This document shows positions 27,925-37,722 of a stretch of DNA of 62,375 nt, piece by piece. Under the pieces are notes generated by a model. It searched no databases. It was given only the letters and a program-made list of their open reading frames with translations, and was not told the DNA's origin. The stretch's first letter is position 1, and every line of letters starts with the position of its first letter. The stretch lies in sequence record SRR2962707_792, one strand, 5' to 3'. A program made the position numbers and the translations under genes.

Positions 27925-29208
27925 TCAATCAACCGGCAGGCCGCTGGGCACCCGATCCGGGCGGCCCAGCGGCCTGCTGAACAACGTTTTTCCACTAAGA
28001 CTGAACAGAAAGGCCTCAAGATCAAGAATGTCTTGTTCCGAAATGTCCGGGACAGGTATCAGATCTATCGCGCGGGATTGGCGCTGCATTTCCAGGTTAT
28101 CGGATTGAAGAATAAAGTCCGCAGCAGCCAACCACGGCACTTCCGGCAACGCCGCCATTTCAGGCACCCATTTTTCCCACATTTCAACTGGGTGCACCAT
28201 GTGTCGGATCATATCCCGCAAAGAGTTATAGGCGCCGTTGTGCCCATAGGGCCCGGTGAAAACCACGTTCCGCAGGGAAGGCGTGCTAAAGCGATAGGCG
28301 TCTTCAAAATCATCCGTCGCGCCCATACGGCCCACATCTCTGGGAATTGTGTCAAAGGGGTGTGTTCGCCCCGGACCGAACTGAGGCAGCCCAACGGCGT
28401 GAAACGCTTGGTCTGTAAGCAGCGGCCCGTTATGGCAACCACTGCAATTCGCTTTGCCAAAGAACAAAGCGCGCCCGCTTTCTGCGGAATCTGACAAAGG
28501 CGTGCCGTTCACAAGATAGTCGTCGTATGCGCTGTCAAAGCTTTGCCATTCCGTCCCAATAAACGCCGCGATGGCGTTTCCGATCTCAACAATACTGACA
28601 TCCTCAGGACGTTGAATATTTGGGAAGACAGAGACGAACATGTCGCCATACTCGGGGATTTGACGGACCCGTTTGGCTAGGATCGGCCAGGCTCCGTCGA
28701 TCCGTTCATTTATCGCGCCCGCGACTTCGTTCTCACCGGATTGCCCGGCCATTTCGGAATGCGATGTCATTGGGAAAAGCGCCTGAGCGGCAAGAATACT
28801 GTCCAGCCCTTGTGGCAACTGCTCTTCCGCCGGGGTGTCAAAACCGTTGCCATAGATATTCGATATCTCAACACGGCCGTCATGGAACAGCGACGTGACG
28901 CTTTGGTGCCCTAGGTTCCAAAGGGCAGGTGCATTCCTTGGAATACGTGCGCCGATCTTGTCTTTTCCGTCCGCTGAGACACGGGCCTTGCCCAAGCCAA
29001 TACCGCCTTCGCCGATGCCAAGGCTTAGGGCGTCGGCGCCATGTAAATCATGATGGTGACATGTTGCGCAGGCGATATTCTTGTTCCCTGAAAGGATTTT
29101 ATCATAAAATAATTGTTGCCCGATCTTGGCTTTGTCTGTGTCAAACTGAAGGAATTGATCTGGGGTGAGCGCTTCGTTTGCCGCAGTCTCGACCCCAATC
29201 ATCGACAT
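27925..29208 (-). CDS. Di-haem cytochrome c peroxidase/MauG-family protein (N-terminus probably damaged)
   Basis: CATCH and CSGCH haem motifs, RNAPALWN, FSTPSLRNV..TGPYGHNG. Confidence 0.85.
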   Translation of the reverse strand: MSMIGVETAANEALTPDQFLQFDTDKAKIGQQLFYDKILSGNKNIACATCHHHDLHGADALSLGIGEGGIGLGKARVSADGKDKIGARIPRNAPALWNLGHQSVTSLFHDGRVEISNIYGNGFDTPAEEQLPQGLDSILAAQALFPMTSHSEMAGQSGENEVAGAINERIDGAWPILAKRVRQIPEYGDMFVSVFPNIQRPEDVSIVEIGNAIAAFIGTEWQSFDSAYDDYLVNGTPLSDSAESGRALFFGKANCSGCHNGPLLTDQAFHAVGLPQFGPGRTHPFDTIPRDVGRMGATDDFEDAYRFSTPSLRNVVFTGPYGHNGAYNSLRDMIRHMVHPVEMWEKWVPEMAALPEVPWLAAADFILQSDNLEMQRQSRAIDLIPVPDISEQDILDLEAFLFSLSGKTLFSRPLGRPDRVPSGLPVD

Positions 29209-29226
29209 AGTGATCAAGAGTGTCGC

Positions 29227-29691
29227 ATGTACTGCCTTACGGCATTGATTTTTCCGTCGGAGAGTCTGGCGCTTTCCGATGCCAAAGAGTCGCGCGATCT
29301 GATGGACGAAGGTAAATTTGTCGAACCTCGAGAGGCGCTTTGGCTTGCGGCCCACTTTGGCAACGCCGAAGCAAAAGAACTGATCGGGGTGATGTGTGCC
29401 ATTTGCCTCGGCGTAGAGCGTGACCCGGTTTGGGCGTTTGAGAAGTATCTGCGCAGTGCGATGAAGCGTCATCCCGGCGCGTAATCCGTTGTTGGTTGGT
29501 ACTATGAGATTGGTTTGGGAATGCCCGGTCTGACCTACGCTTACATGTGGGATTTTCTTAGGGCGATCGGAGGGGACCCCGACGCGGCAATCAGTCAGGA
29601 AGAGGCGATCAAAAAGATGTCGCGAGAGGAATTTGAGCATGCGCAAATACTGATCAATGATGACAAGACGTGGCTTTATCCGTTTCGGTAA
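29227..29691 (+). pseudogene. Sel1-repeat protein pseudogene
   Basis: GNAEAKELIGVM..LGVERD; in-frame TAA at 29482-29484, then frame continues VGWYYEIGLG..AYMW..WLYPFR. Confidence 0.8.
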
Positions 29692-29849
29692 ACGTCTGAT
29701 CATCATGATCAGAAATCACGGGACAGCAACCAAATAGCTTTGATTTTGCAGCGTTTTGACAGAACTGACTGTTAAGTGGATGTCCGGACCAAGGTGGTCG
29801 CGCCCGGACACATTCTTGATTTACTGAATGTCGGCTGCGCGAATAGCTT

Positions 29850-30812
29850 CCAGATCAGCTTCGCCGCAGCAATAACGCCTGTCAAAGCGTCAAGGACAGC
29901 TTCTCCGCTATCGATATGTGATTTGAACTACGTATACAAAGGCTCGGCAGCGGCTTTGAAGGCGGCTTTTTCTGCTAAAGTTGGTACGTAAAGATCACCA
30001 CCGCCGGACATGCAGTCTCGGTATGCTTGGATCGATTTGCGCTTTTGTGAAGCAAAAGTGGCCTGCTGCAGCTGATAGAAACCATCCACGACAACACGAC
30101 ACAAATCTTCTGGTATCGACATGAAGCGGTCGTTGTTCATGAACCAAAACGCGCCCATATAGGCGTGATCGTCCAGCGTGACATATTGCAAATCGGCTTC
30201 GGGGAATTTCATATCCATAATGTCGGTGATACCGTTCTTTGAACCTTCGACAACGCGGGTTTGAAAGGATGTGAACAGCTCGGGCCATGGGATTGGCGTG
30301 GGTGAGGCACCAAGGGCTTTTACCAGTTCTTGCGGCAGGTCGGCAACGACGGTCCTGATCTTCAAACAGTTCAAATCCTCGGGCGATTGAACACGGCGTT
30401 TTCTGTTGGCAAAGTTGCGCCACCCACCGGTGTTCCCGATTGTCATCAAGCGGATCATGTCGCCGGAGGCATCCGAGACCATGCTTTTCATCTGGTCGAT
30501 GAAGGGCGAGCCATTGGCCAGAACAGCCTCGGCAACGCGGTCATCCGTCATCAGATAAGGCAGGTCCAAAACCTTATTAAAGGGGGAAATGCCAGACGTG
30601 CCACCAGAGGCGGACACGTATACATCGATTGTGCCGTCCGCGATGCCCTGAAGACATTCCGCCCCATTGGAACACAGCTGCGTCCCGATGAACATTTCGA
30701 CTTCTATCGTGCCATTCGAGGCCGCCTCGACATAGGTCTTGAAGACGAACAGCCCGTCATAGTCTTCATCGTTTTCATTCGAATTGGCAGTTGCCCGGAT
30801 CTTGAAATCCGT
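29850..30812 (-). pseudogene. dctP: TRAP solute-binding protein DctP remnant (signal peptide lost, premature stop)
   Basis: LDLPY, GGWRNF, LKIRT, GASPTPIPWPELFTS..VVEG; TAG at 29928-29930 with protein-like frame continuing FKSHID; 3' end approximate. Confidence 0.8.
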
Positions 30813-31547
30813 GGCGGCTGCGGCTGCGGCATCTGTTGGGGTAAAGACCCCACCCAGAATGCCGCCCAGAATGATCACAGGCGTCATTAATGGAAAGAAG
30901 GCTTTCAAACTGGCCTGTCCACGTTTGCCCCAAGTAGCTTTGCTTGAGGACGCAAGGAAGTCATATTTGTTGCCCATGAAGCGCACCATGAGCATCAGGC
31001 CCAAGCCAACCAGAATGCCCGGAACAATGCCCGCTAGGAACAAGGCCGCGACGGATACCCCCATCACATAGGCATAGATGATCATAATACCCGAGGGGGA
31101 ATGATAGGACCAATCACCGAGCTCGCGGCTGTGTTCTCGGCGGCAAATTTGCGTGTATAGCCTTCTTTTTCCATAGCAGGGATCAACATCGGCCCGAGCG
31201 CAGAGGTGTCGGCGACAGCGGAACCGGAAAGACCCGCAAACAGCATGGAGGACAACACATTCACATACGCAAGACCGCCCCGAAGATGGCCCATCATCGC
31301 CTGGCTGAACTTAACAAGGCGCATGGTAATACCGCCACGGATCTTCATATCTCCGGCCAGCATAAAGAATGGAATTGCCATCAACGGAAAACTGTCCATC
31401 TCGTTGTAATCATTTCGATATTGCAGGGCGAGGTCACGTTCTTGGCCGTTGAGATAAAACAAGATACCCGCGCGGTGAGAAGGCTGAAAACACAGGCAAG
31501 CCGATCATCAAGAAAATCAAGAAAAGTGGAAGAAACCAAATCAGCAT
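30813..31547 (-). pseudogene. dctM: TRAP large permease DctM remnant (frameshifts, C-terminal half deleted)
   Basis: MLIWFLPLFL start at 31547; frameshifts near 31480 and 31090; FPLMAIPFFMLAG, GSAVAD, IGPIIPP, GVFTPT motifs across three frames. Confidence 0.85.
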
Positions 31548-32122
31548 CGATCCGCACTAACATCTGCAAGTGGCATGGGGCGCAAGCGAGCTTGGCCACC
31601 CATCGCGGTAACAACCGCGCGTATGATCAGTTCTACGTACACAATAGTCAGCAGGATCACACCGACCAGCAGAGACAGGTACATCCAAGCCCGCTTGATG
31701 AGCATCACTTTCATGCTGAACCAATCGCACGGTAGTTTCAGGGAGCTTGAGTTAACCAACCAAACGCTGTTCACATGTTTCAGGCCCAGCTGGATCGCGA
31801 AAACCAGCACCAAAAGAGAAATCATCAGAATTAGCATGTTTAGAACCGCTGATGCCGAACGCGGAAGGAATTCATTGATCATGTCGATAGCGACAAAGCT
31901 CCCGCCTCGATATGAGAGAGGGGCGATTAATCCGGTCATCCACAGGATCATTACTCTGGCTGCTTCATCCGGCCAAGGCCGTGCGTTGTTTAGAACGTAG
32001 CGAAAGAAGACCTGCACCAAGATGAACAGAACCATCAGGGCGATAGCACAAACAGAAAGTGCACGAGCAAACCGCAATACGACATCGAGGACGTATCGCA
32101 GCGGGTGCAATATTCCCAGCAA
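31541..32122 (-). CDS. dctQ: TRAP small permease DctQ (start codon possibly mutated)
   Basis: QVFFRYVLNN..WPDEAAR; four TM helices; in-frame ATC at 32131 may be a former ATG. Confidence 0.75.
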   Translation of the reverse strand: MLGILHPLRYVLDVVLRFARALSVCAIALMVLFILVQVFFRYVLNNARPWPDEAARVMILWMTGLIAPLSYRGGSFVAIDMINEFLPRSASAVLNMLILMISLLVLVFAIQLGLKHVNSVWLVNSSSLKLPCDWFSMKVMLIKRAWMYLSLLVGVILLTIVYVELIIRAVVTAMGGQARLRPMPLADVSADRC

Positions 32123-32181
32123 TCCGGTGATTCAAAACGCGTCGCCATCAAGCGTCTCACTTGATGCTTTTTCGGGACGTT

Positions 32182-32688
32182 TCACGACGGTTTTGCAAAA
32201 CTCCCGAAGGTGCCATTGAAAAACATCAGGGGTGTGCCGTCATGCGTTGTCACGCGATTTACGTGGCCCACAACAATGGTGTGATCACCGCCATCATGCG
32301 CTTGCGATAAGGTGCATTCGAATCGGGATAGGCATCCATTCAATAAGGGCACACCAGTGTCACTAAGCTCCCAGTCGAGCAGATCGAAGTCGGCGCCTTG
32401 GCGCACGAAACTGGTGCAAAGGTCTTGTTGTTCTTGGCCAACAACATGAATGGCGTAGTGCTTTGCCGCCATGAAAGCAGGGTATCGCGCGCTGTTCTTG
32501 GCGGGTGACCACAAAACAAGCGGAGGATCCAAAGAAACACTGGCAAAGCTGTTGGCCGTTATGCCAATTGGCCCGTTCGATGTCATGCAGGTGACAATCG
32601 TTACGCCGGTTCCAAATCGGCCCAACGCTTCTCGAAAAGCGCCAGGATCCGAGGTTGCTGGGTCAAAGCTGGGAGCGGGTGCAGTCAT
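32182..32688 (-). CDS. smoA: Flavin reductase (SmoA-like)
   Basis: FREALGRFGTGVTIVT, SFASVSLDPPLV, GGDH; third gene of the LLM-AKR operon. Confidence 0.8.
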   Translation of the reverse strand: MTAPAPSFDPATSDPGAFREALGRFGTGVTIVTCMTSNGPIGITANSFASVSLDPPLVLWSPAKNSARYPAFMAAKHYAIHVVGQEQQDLCTSFVRQGADFDLLDWELSDTGVPLLNGCLSRFECTLSQAHDGGDHTIVVGHVNRVTTHDGTPLMFFNGTFGSFAKPS

Positions 32689-32697
32689 CACACCCAC

Positions 32698-33585
32698 TCA
32701 GGGCACTTCGTGGCCAAGGGCCATTGTGTATAAGTCAAACCAAGTTTCCCGATCCATTTGAACTTTGGTCGCGTCACCGATCCGGCTGATACGATCCAAA
32801 TTATTCGTTCCCATAACGGGCAGAATACGTGCGGGGTGGGCCAAAAGCCATGCGACGGCTACTGCCGTGTCATCAACACCAAATTTTGCGCCAATATCTG
32901 AAAGTTTGCTGCGCAAATCGGCGTTTTGGGAACCAAACAAGGCACCGCCGCCAAGCGGGGACCAAGCCATTGGCGGAACATCACGTTCTTGCAAATACGC
33001 CAGATCACCATTGGTGAAGGGGGCATGGTGCAGCAGGCTCATTTCAATCTGATTTGTCGAGAGTGGGGTCTTCATGGCCGACTGGAGCAAGTTCCAATCA
33101 TGCAGTTTGAAATTTGAGACGCCGACGGAAAGCACTTTACCTGACGCGACAACTTCATCCAGGGCAGCGCCGGTCTCGTTGTGATCCATCAGAGGATCGG
33201 GGCGGTGGATCAAAAGAACGTCGATGCGATCTGTTTGCATCAGGCGCAGCGAGTGCTCGACTGAGGCTAGGATATGCGCGCGACTGGTGTTGTAATACTT
33301 CACCGATTTATCGGCATAACGCCCTGCAGGGGCAACAATATCGCATTTCGTGACGATTTCGATTTTGTTGCGAAGCTCTGGCGTAAGTGCGTTTCCAAGA
33401 ATTTCTTCGGCTTCATAACCGCCATAGATATCGGCCTGATCCATGGTTGTAATACCTTGGTCAAGGCAGGCAGCGATTTTGGCGCGCACATGCTCGGGCG
33501 CTGTATTGTCATCGTCGCCCAATCGCCACATGCCATAGACAATACGGCTTAGGTCAAGATCAGAGGTAAGGGAAATGCGCTCCAT
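32698..33585 (-). CDS. smoB: Aldo/keto reductase (6-oxo-glucose reductase SmoB-like)
   Basis: GMWRL, DQADIYG, LIHRPD, GVSNF, WSPLGGG; TAATG coupling to smoC. Confidence 0.8.
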   Translation of the reverse strand: MERISLTSDLDLSRIVYGMWRLGDDDNTAPEHVRAKIAACLDQGITTMDQADIYGGYEAEEILGNALTPELRNKIEIVTKCDIVAPAGRYADKSVKYYNTSRAHILASVEHSLRLMQTDRIDVLLIHRPDPLMDHNETGAALDEVVASGKVLSVGVSNFKLHDWNLLQSAMKTPLSTNQIEMSLLHHAPFTNGDLAYLQERDVPPMAWSPLGGGALFGSQNADLRSKLSDIGAKFGVDDTAVAVAWLLAHPARILPVMGTNNLDRISRIGDATKVQMDRETWFDLYTMALGHEVP

Positions 33586-34739
33586 TAGCGACGGACTCCT
33601 GCGCCTAGAGGGGTTTGGGGAACCGAAGAAGGCACGCGGCCATAGGCTTCGGGAAGGGACACTGTTTTGAGTTGTGGCATAACGCGGCTGCCGAAATGGC
33701 GGCATTCGTCCAAATGGGGGTAACCCGAAAGGATAAAGGCGCGGATGCCCATCTTTCTGTAGTCTTCCAACGCGCTTAGCACCTGATCGGTGGACCCGAC
33801 CAAGGCCGCACCACAGCCAGATCTTGCGCGGCCGACACCGGTCCAGAGATTTGGCTCAATAAAGCCTTCCATGTCTGCCAGCTCGCGGTTTTTGGCCTGA
33901 TGTGAAACGCCTAAAGACCCTGAATCCAAGGCTCGCTCACGAATGTTTGCACCTTGTTCGTCATCCAGCTGAGACACCAGATGCTGCGCGTATTCGCGCG
34001 CTTCATTTTCGGTGTCGCGCACGATTACATGAACCCGAAGGCCATAATCCAACGTGCGCCCGTAACGTTCTGCAACGCTGTTTACGTCCTTCATCCGTTG
34101 GGCCAGCATGTCCTTGGTTTCTGGCCACATCAGATAGACATCGCAATGCTGTCCGCACAGTTCGAGCGCGTCGGGGCTGTAGCCACCAAAGTACAACAAG
34201 GGTCCGCCGGTCTGGTAGGGCTTTACCGGGTCTGTCGTCAGGCCGGAAAAATCATATACCGGGCCCTTGTGATTGATTTCGTCCTGAGTCCAGGACTGTT
34301 TGAGAATTTCGACAACTTCGCGAGAGCGCTGATAGCGGAACTTGCTGTCTTCTTTCTGCCCAGGAAAATCCGAAGAGATGATGTTGACTGTCAAACGACC
34401 TTCCAACATGTGATCAAGGGTTGCGATGGTGCGGGCCAACATGATTGGCTGCATCTCACCACAGCGGACGGCGGCCAACATATTGATCTTTTCGGTGATC
34501 GGCGCGCAACCGGCGACAAAGCTCAAAGTATCCTGACCTACCTGATAAGATGAGGGGCACAGGATGTTGCGAAAGCCTTGAGCTTCGGCCTCTTTCACAA
34601 TAGCTGAGCAATGTGCAAAGCTGGAACGGAGATTACCATCCGGAACACCTAAGTATGCATAGTCGTCAGAGCAAAGCGCTGAAAACCATGACACTTCTGC
34701 CCCGTCTAAGTCGGGCGATGTAATTGGGACAACAGTCAT
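33585..34739 (-). CDS. smoC: LLM flavin-dependent sulfoquinovose monooxygenase
   Basis: EVSWFSALCSDDY, CPSSYQVGQD, YFGGYSP, LWTGVGRARSGCGAALVG, recalled as characteristic of SmoC; smoC-smoB-smoA order with divergent GntR. Confidence 0.82.
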   Translation of the reverse strand: MTVVPITSPDLDGAEVSWFSALCSDDYAYLGVPDGNLRSSFAHCSAIVKEAEAQGFRNILCPSSYQVGQDTLSFVAGCAPITEKINMLAAVRCGEMQPIMLARTIATLDHMLEGRLTVNIISSDFPGQKEDSKFRYQRSREVVEILKQSWTQDEINHKGPVYDFSGLTTDPVKPYQTGGPLLYFGGYSPDALELCGQHCDVYLMWPETKDMLAQRMKDVNSVAERYGRTLDYGLRVHVIVRDTENEAREYAQHLVSQLDDEQGANIRERALDSGSLGVSHQAKNRELADMEGFIEPNLWTGVGRARSGCGAALVGSTDQVLSALEDYRKMGIRAFILSGYPHLDECRHFGSRVMPQLKTVSLPEAYGRVPSSVPQTPLGAGVRR

Positions 34740-34793
34740 AAGGTGTTTCTCCGATGCGATATTGACTCTTGCGTAGCAGTAGAAATGATGTAG

Positions 34794-34818
34794 ATCAATA
34801 GTGTATCAATTAAATCAA
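34794..34818. promoter_or_regulatory. Candidate SmoD operator
   Basis: ATCAAT at 34794 and 34805 (11-bp period) and ATCAA at 34814 in the divergent promoter region. Confidence 0.4.
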
Positions 34819-34832
34819 GCCAAGGTACCTCC

Positions 34833-35534
34833 GTGTCCGACAGCAATGCTTTACCGCTTTACGTCCAACTGTCAGAGCTGCTCATTCGCGATATCAATGC
34901 GGGGCGTTACGTCGATGGAGAACGTTTGCCGCCCGAACGTGACATGGCTGTAAAGTTGGGTACGTCCGTGGGTACATTGCGCAAATCTCTGGCGGATTTG
35001 ACCGAAAAAGGGATGCTGGAACGGGTTCAGGGATCCGGCAATTATGTCCGCGCCAAACAGGATGCCAAAAGCGTTTACGCGTTTTTTCGGGTTGAATTGA
35101 TCGGTGGCGGGGGACTTCCAACCGCAAAGTTTCTTGATGTGAGCCGTCAGCCAAAGGCAGCAGACTTGCCACCCTTTGGAACAAGTGACGATGGACATAG
35201 AATTCGACGATTGCGCGCCTTGAATGACGTGCCTGCCGTTCTGGAGGAAATATGGCTGGATGGCAGCTATGTCGAGGCGATTACAATGCCGTCGATGTCA
35301 GAGTCGCTCTATCTCTATTACCGCGAGTCATTGGGTTTGTGGATCACAAAGGCCGAAGACCAGTTGTTGCTAAGCACAGTGCCTGAATGGGCTCCGCCCG
35401 AATTCGGAATGCCACCAGGTGAGCCCTGCATGATGGCCGAACGCGTTTCATGGTCTCAGGACAATGTCCGGGCTGAAGTTTCTAGAAATTGGATAAATAC
35501 CAATGTCGCGCGTTACATCGCGCGAATTGCCTGA
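34833..35534 (+). CDS. smoD: GntR/HutC-family regulator (SmoD-like)
   Basis: PLYVQL, LPPER, QGSGNYV, UTRA-like C-domain. Confidence 0.8.
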   Translation: MSDSNALPLYVQLSELLIRDINAGRYVDGERLPPERDMAVKLGTSVGTLRKSLADLTEKGMLERVQGSGNYVRAKQDAKSVYAFFRVELIGGGGLPTAKFLDVSRQPKAADLPPFGTSDDGHRIRRLRALNDVPAVLEEIWLDGSYVEAITMPSMSESLYLYYRESLGLWITKAEDQLLLSTVPEWAPPEFGMPPGEPCMMAERVSWSQDNVRAEVSRNWINTNVARYIARIA

Positions 35535-35547
35535 AAGGCCAAAAGGG

Positions 35548-36642
35548 ATGAAGACAGGGATCATCAACTACGGGATCATTGGTTGTGGCATGATGGGGCA
35601 AGAGCATCTGCGCAACATTGCCTTGCTCGAAGGGGCCCGTGTCGCGGCAATCTTTGAACCAGATGAGATTATGGCCAATGCAGCCAAGGCCGTTGCGCCG
35701 AATGCCAAGATGTGTGGCTCGGTTTGGGAATTGCTTAGCCGGGATGACTTGGATTGTTTGTTGGTGGTTAGCCCGAATTATCTCCATGTCAGTCAGCTGG
35801 AAGAAATCGCCGCGCGCAATCCATTGCCTCTGTTGATCGAAAAACCCTTGTTTACAGATCCTGCCGATGCGCAGCGCGTATCAGAAATCGCGCAAAGCTA
35901 TCCGGCGCCTGTCTGGGTTGCGATGGAATACCGCTATATGCCGCCGATCCAGACGTTGTTGGAGCAGGCCAATGCCGCAACAGGTGGCATCAAAATGCTC
36001 ACCATCCGGGAACACCGCTTTCCGTTCTTGCCCAAAGTTGGTGATTGGAACCGGTTCAACCGGTACACGGGGGGCACGCTTGTCGAAAAATGTTGTCACT
36101 TCTTTGACTTGATGCGTCTGGTTCTGGGGGCGGAACCGGTTCGGGTGATGGCCAGTGCCGGGCAAGAGGTGAACCATTTGGACGAAACCTATGAGGGCAA
36201 GGTGCCAGATATCTGGGATTCGGCCTATGTTATGGCTGATTTCGACAACGGCGCCCGAGCAATGCTTGAACTTTGCATGTACGCCGAAGGCAGCCGCTAT
36301 CAGGAAGAAATTTGTGCAACGGGACCGTCCGGTAAGATTGAGGCGTTTGTGCCGGGGCCGGGTCGTTTCTGGCCGACACATCTTGGTGCGCCGCCTATCC
36401 CTCAGGTGATCGTAAGCCCGCGTCAGCCAAAAGGGCCGCAAACCGTTGAGATTCCGGTGGACCCAAATATTTTGGCCGCGGGTGATCACAATGGTTCGAC
36501 CTTTTACCAGCACGCACGGTTTCTGAATGTGGTGCGGGGGCAGGGTAATGTCGAAGTGACGATGGCCGATGGTATTGCTGCCGTTAAGATGGGCATGGCG
36601 GCTCAGGAATCCGCGATCACGGGGAATGCAATTCTGCTGTAA
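35548..36642 (+). CDS. sqgA: Gfo/Idh/MocA oxidoreductase, probable NAD+-dependent sulfoquinovosidase (GH188)
   Basis: GCGMMG, EKP, MEYRY, EHRFPFLPKVGDWNRF, EKCCHFFD; lies in an smo cluster with no GH31 SQase. Confidence 0.65.
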   Translation: MKTGIINYGIIGCGMMGQEHLRNIALLEGARVAAIFEPDEIMANAAKAVAPNAKMCGSVWELLSRDDLDCLLVVSPNYLHVSQLEEIAARNPLPLLIEKPLFTDPADAQRVSEIAQSYPAPVWVAMEYRYMPPIQTLLEQANAATGGIKMLTIREHRFPFLPKVGDWNRFNRYTGGTLVEKCCHFFDLMRLVLGAEPVRVMASAGQEVNHLDETYEGKVPDIWDSAYVMADFDNGARAMLELCMYAEGSRYQEEICATGPSGKIEAFVPGPGRFWPTHLGAPPIPQVIVSPRQPKGPQTVEIPVDPNILAAGDHNGSTFYQHARFLNVVRGQGNVEVTMADGIAAVKMGMAAQESAITGNAILL

Positions 36643-36759
36643 CCCACGCTTTGAGATACTCTGAACCGTCAGGGACAATTTGTCTGAGCCGCATCTTTGC
36701 CCTCGTGCTGTGTGCTGCAAAGGCGTAAGCGCAAGTCAGTAACTCCTATGAGGCCCGAT

Positions 36760-37275
36760 ATGACCGACACTTGTGTTCTTTGCGCTGCTCCGGCGACGCA
36801 AACTTACGAAATTGCCCCGAAAAGCGAAGAGCGTGCGCTGTGCGATGTGTGTTTTGCAGGCGTGACAGAGGGGCCGCAGGACGTACCGCACTGGAATTGC
36901 CTACACGAGGCGATCTGGTCAACTGACGCGGCCACTCAGGTCTTGGCATATCGCTTATTGACCCAGATCGATGCTGCTTGGGCGCGCGACTTGTTGGATA
37001 TCGCGTATTTGGAACCAGACAATCTTGCATGGGCTGAAGCAGGCCTGTCGTCAGAGCCTGAGGTCATTCATCGCGATACCAACGGTGTGGTGCTGGCAGC
37101 CGGAGACTCTGTTGTTCTGATCAAAGACCTGCCGGTCAAGGGCGCAGGCTTTACAGCCAAGCGGGGTACACCTGTGCGAAATATCTCGCTGGTTATGGAC
37201 AATGCAGAACATATTGAGGGTCGGGTCGAAGGGCAGAGGATCGTGATCCTGACGCAGTTCGTCAAGAAAACCTAA
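36760..37275 (+). CDS. PhnA-domain protein
   Basis: N-terminal CxxC..CxxC; D.NG..L..GDSVVLIKDLPVKGA. Confidence 0.88.
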   Translation: MTDTCVLCAAPATQTYEIAPKSEERALCDVCFAGVTEGPQDVPHWNCLHEAIWSTDAATQVLAYRLLTQIDAAWARDLLDIAYLEPDNLAWAEAGLSSEPEVIHRDTNGVVLAAGDSVVLIKDLPVKGAGFTAKRGTPVRNISLVMDNAEHIEGRVEGQRIVILTQFVKKT

Positions 37276-37278
37276 CGC

Positions 37279-37722
37279 TCAGGCGTCGGTATCCAGCCAG
37301 ATTGTCACGGGTCCGTCGTTGACCAAGGCGACTTTCATGTCTGCCCCAAACCGCCCCGTGTCCACATCAACGCCCAAGGATTGCAGCTGTTTGGCAAAAT
37401 AGTTGTACAGGCGTTCGCCCTCTGCCGGAGACGCGGCAGAGGAAAATCCGGGGCGGTTGCCCCGGCTTGTGTCGGCCGCCAAAGTAAATTGACTGACAAC
37501 CAGAGCAGCGCCGCCAATACCCGTCAAGGACTTGTTCATTTTCCCCATTTCGTCGGGGAAAATACGCAGCTTGCTGATCTTGGCGCAAAGCTTGTCAGCG
37601 ATGGCCTCTGAATCTCCCTGCATTGCACAGATCAGAATCAAATAGCCTGCGCCAACCTCTCCCAGTACATTGCCGTCAACGGTTACCGAGGCTTGACTGA
37701 CACGCTGGAGGAGGGCCCTCAT
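37279..37722 (-). CDS. dtd: D-aminoacyl-tRNA deacylase
   Basis: [19 protein letters not shown]. Confidence 0.96.
   Translation of the reverse strand: MRALLQRVSQASVTVDGNVLGEVGAGYLILICAMQGDSEAIADKLCAKISKLRIFPDEMGKMNKSLTGIGGAALVVSQFTLAADTSRGNRPGFSSAASPAEGERLYNYFAKQLQSLGVDVDTGRFGADMKVALVNDGPVTIWLDTDA

Noticed and set aside
29209-29706. ~165-aa N-terminal extension of the peroxidase ORF (593 aa in the track)
   Set aside because: It is the antisense of the Sel1 pseudogene, not a real domain
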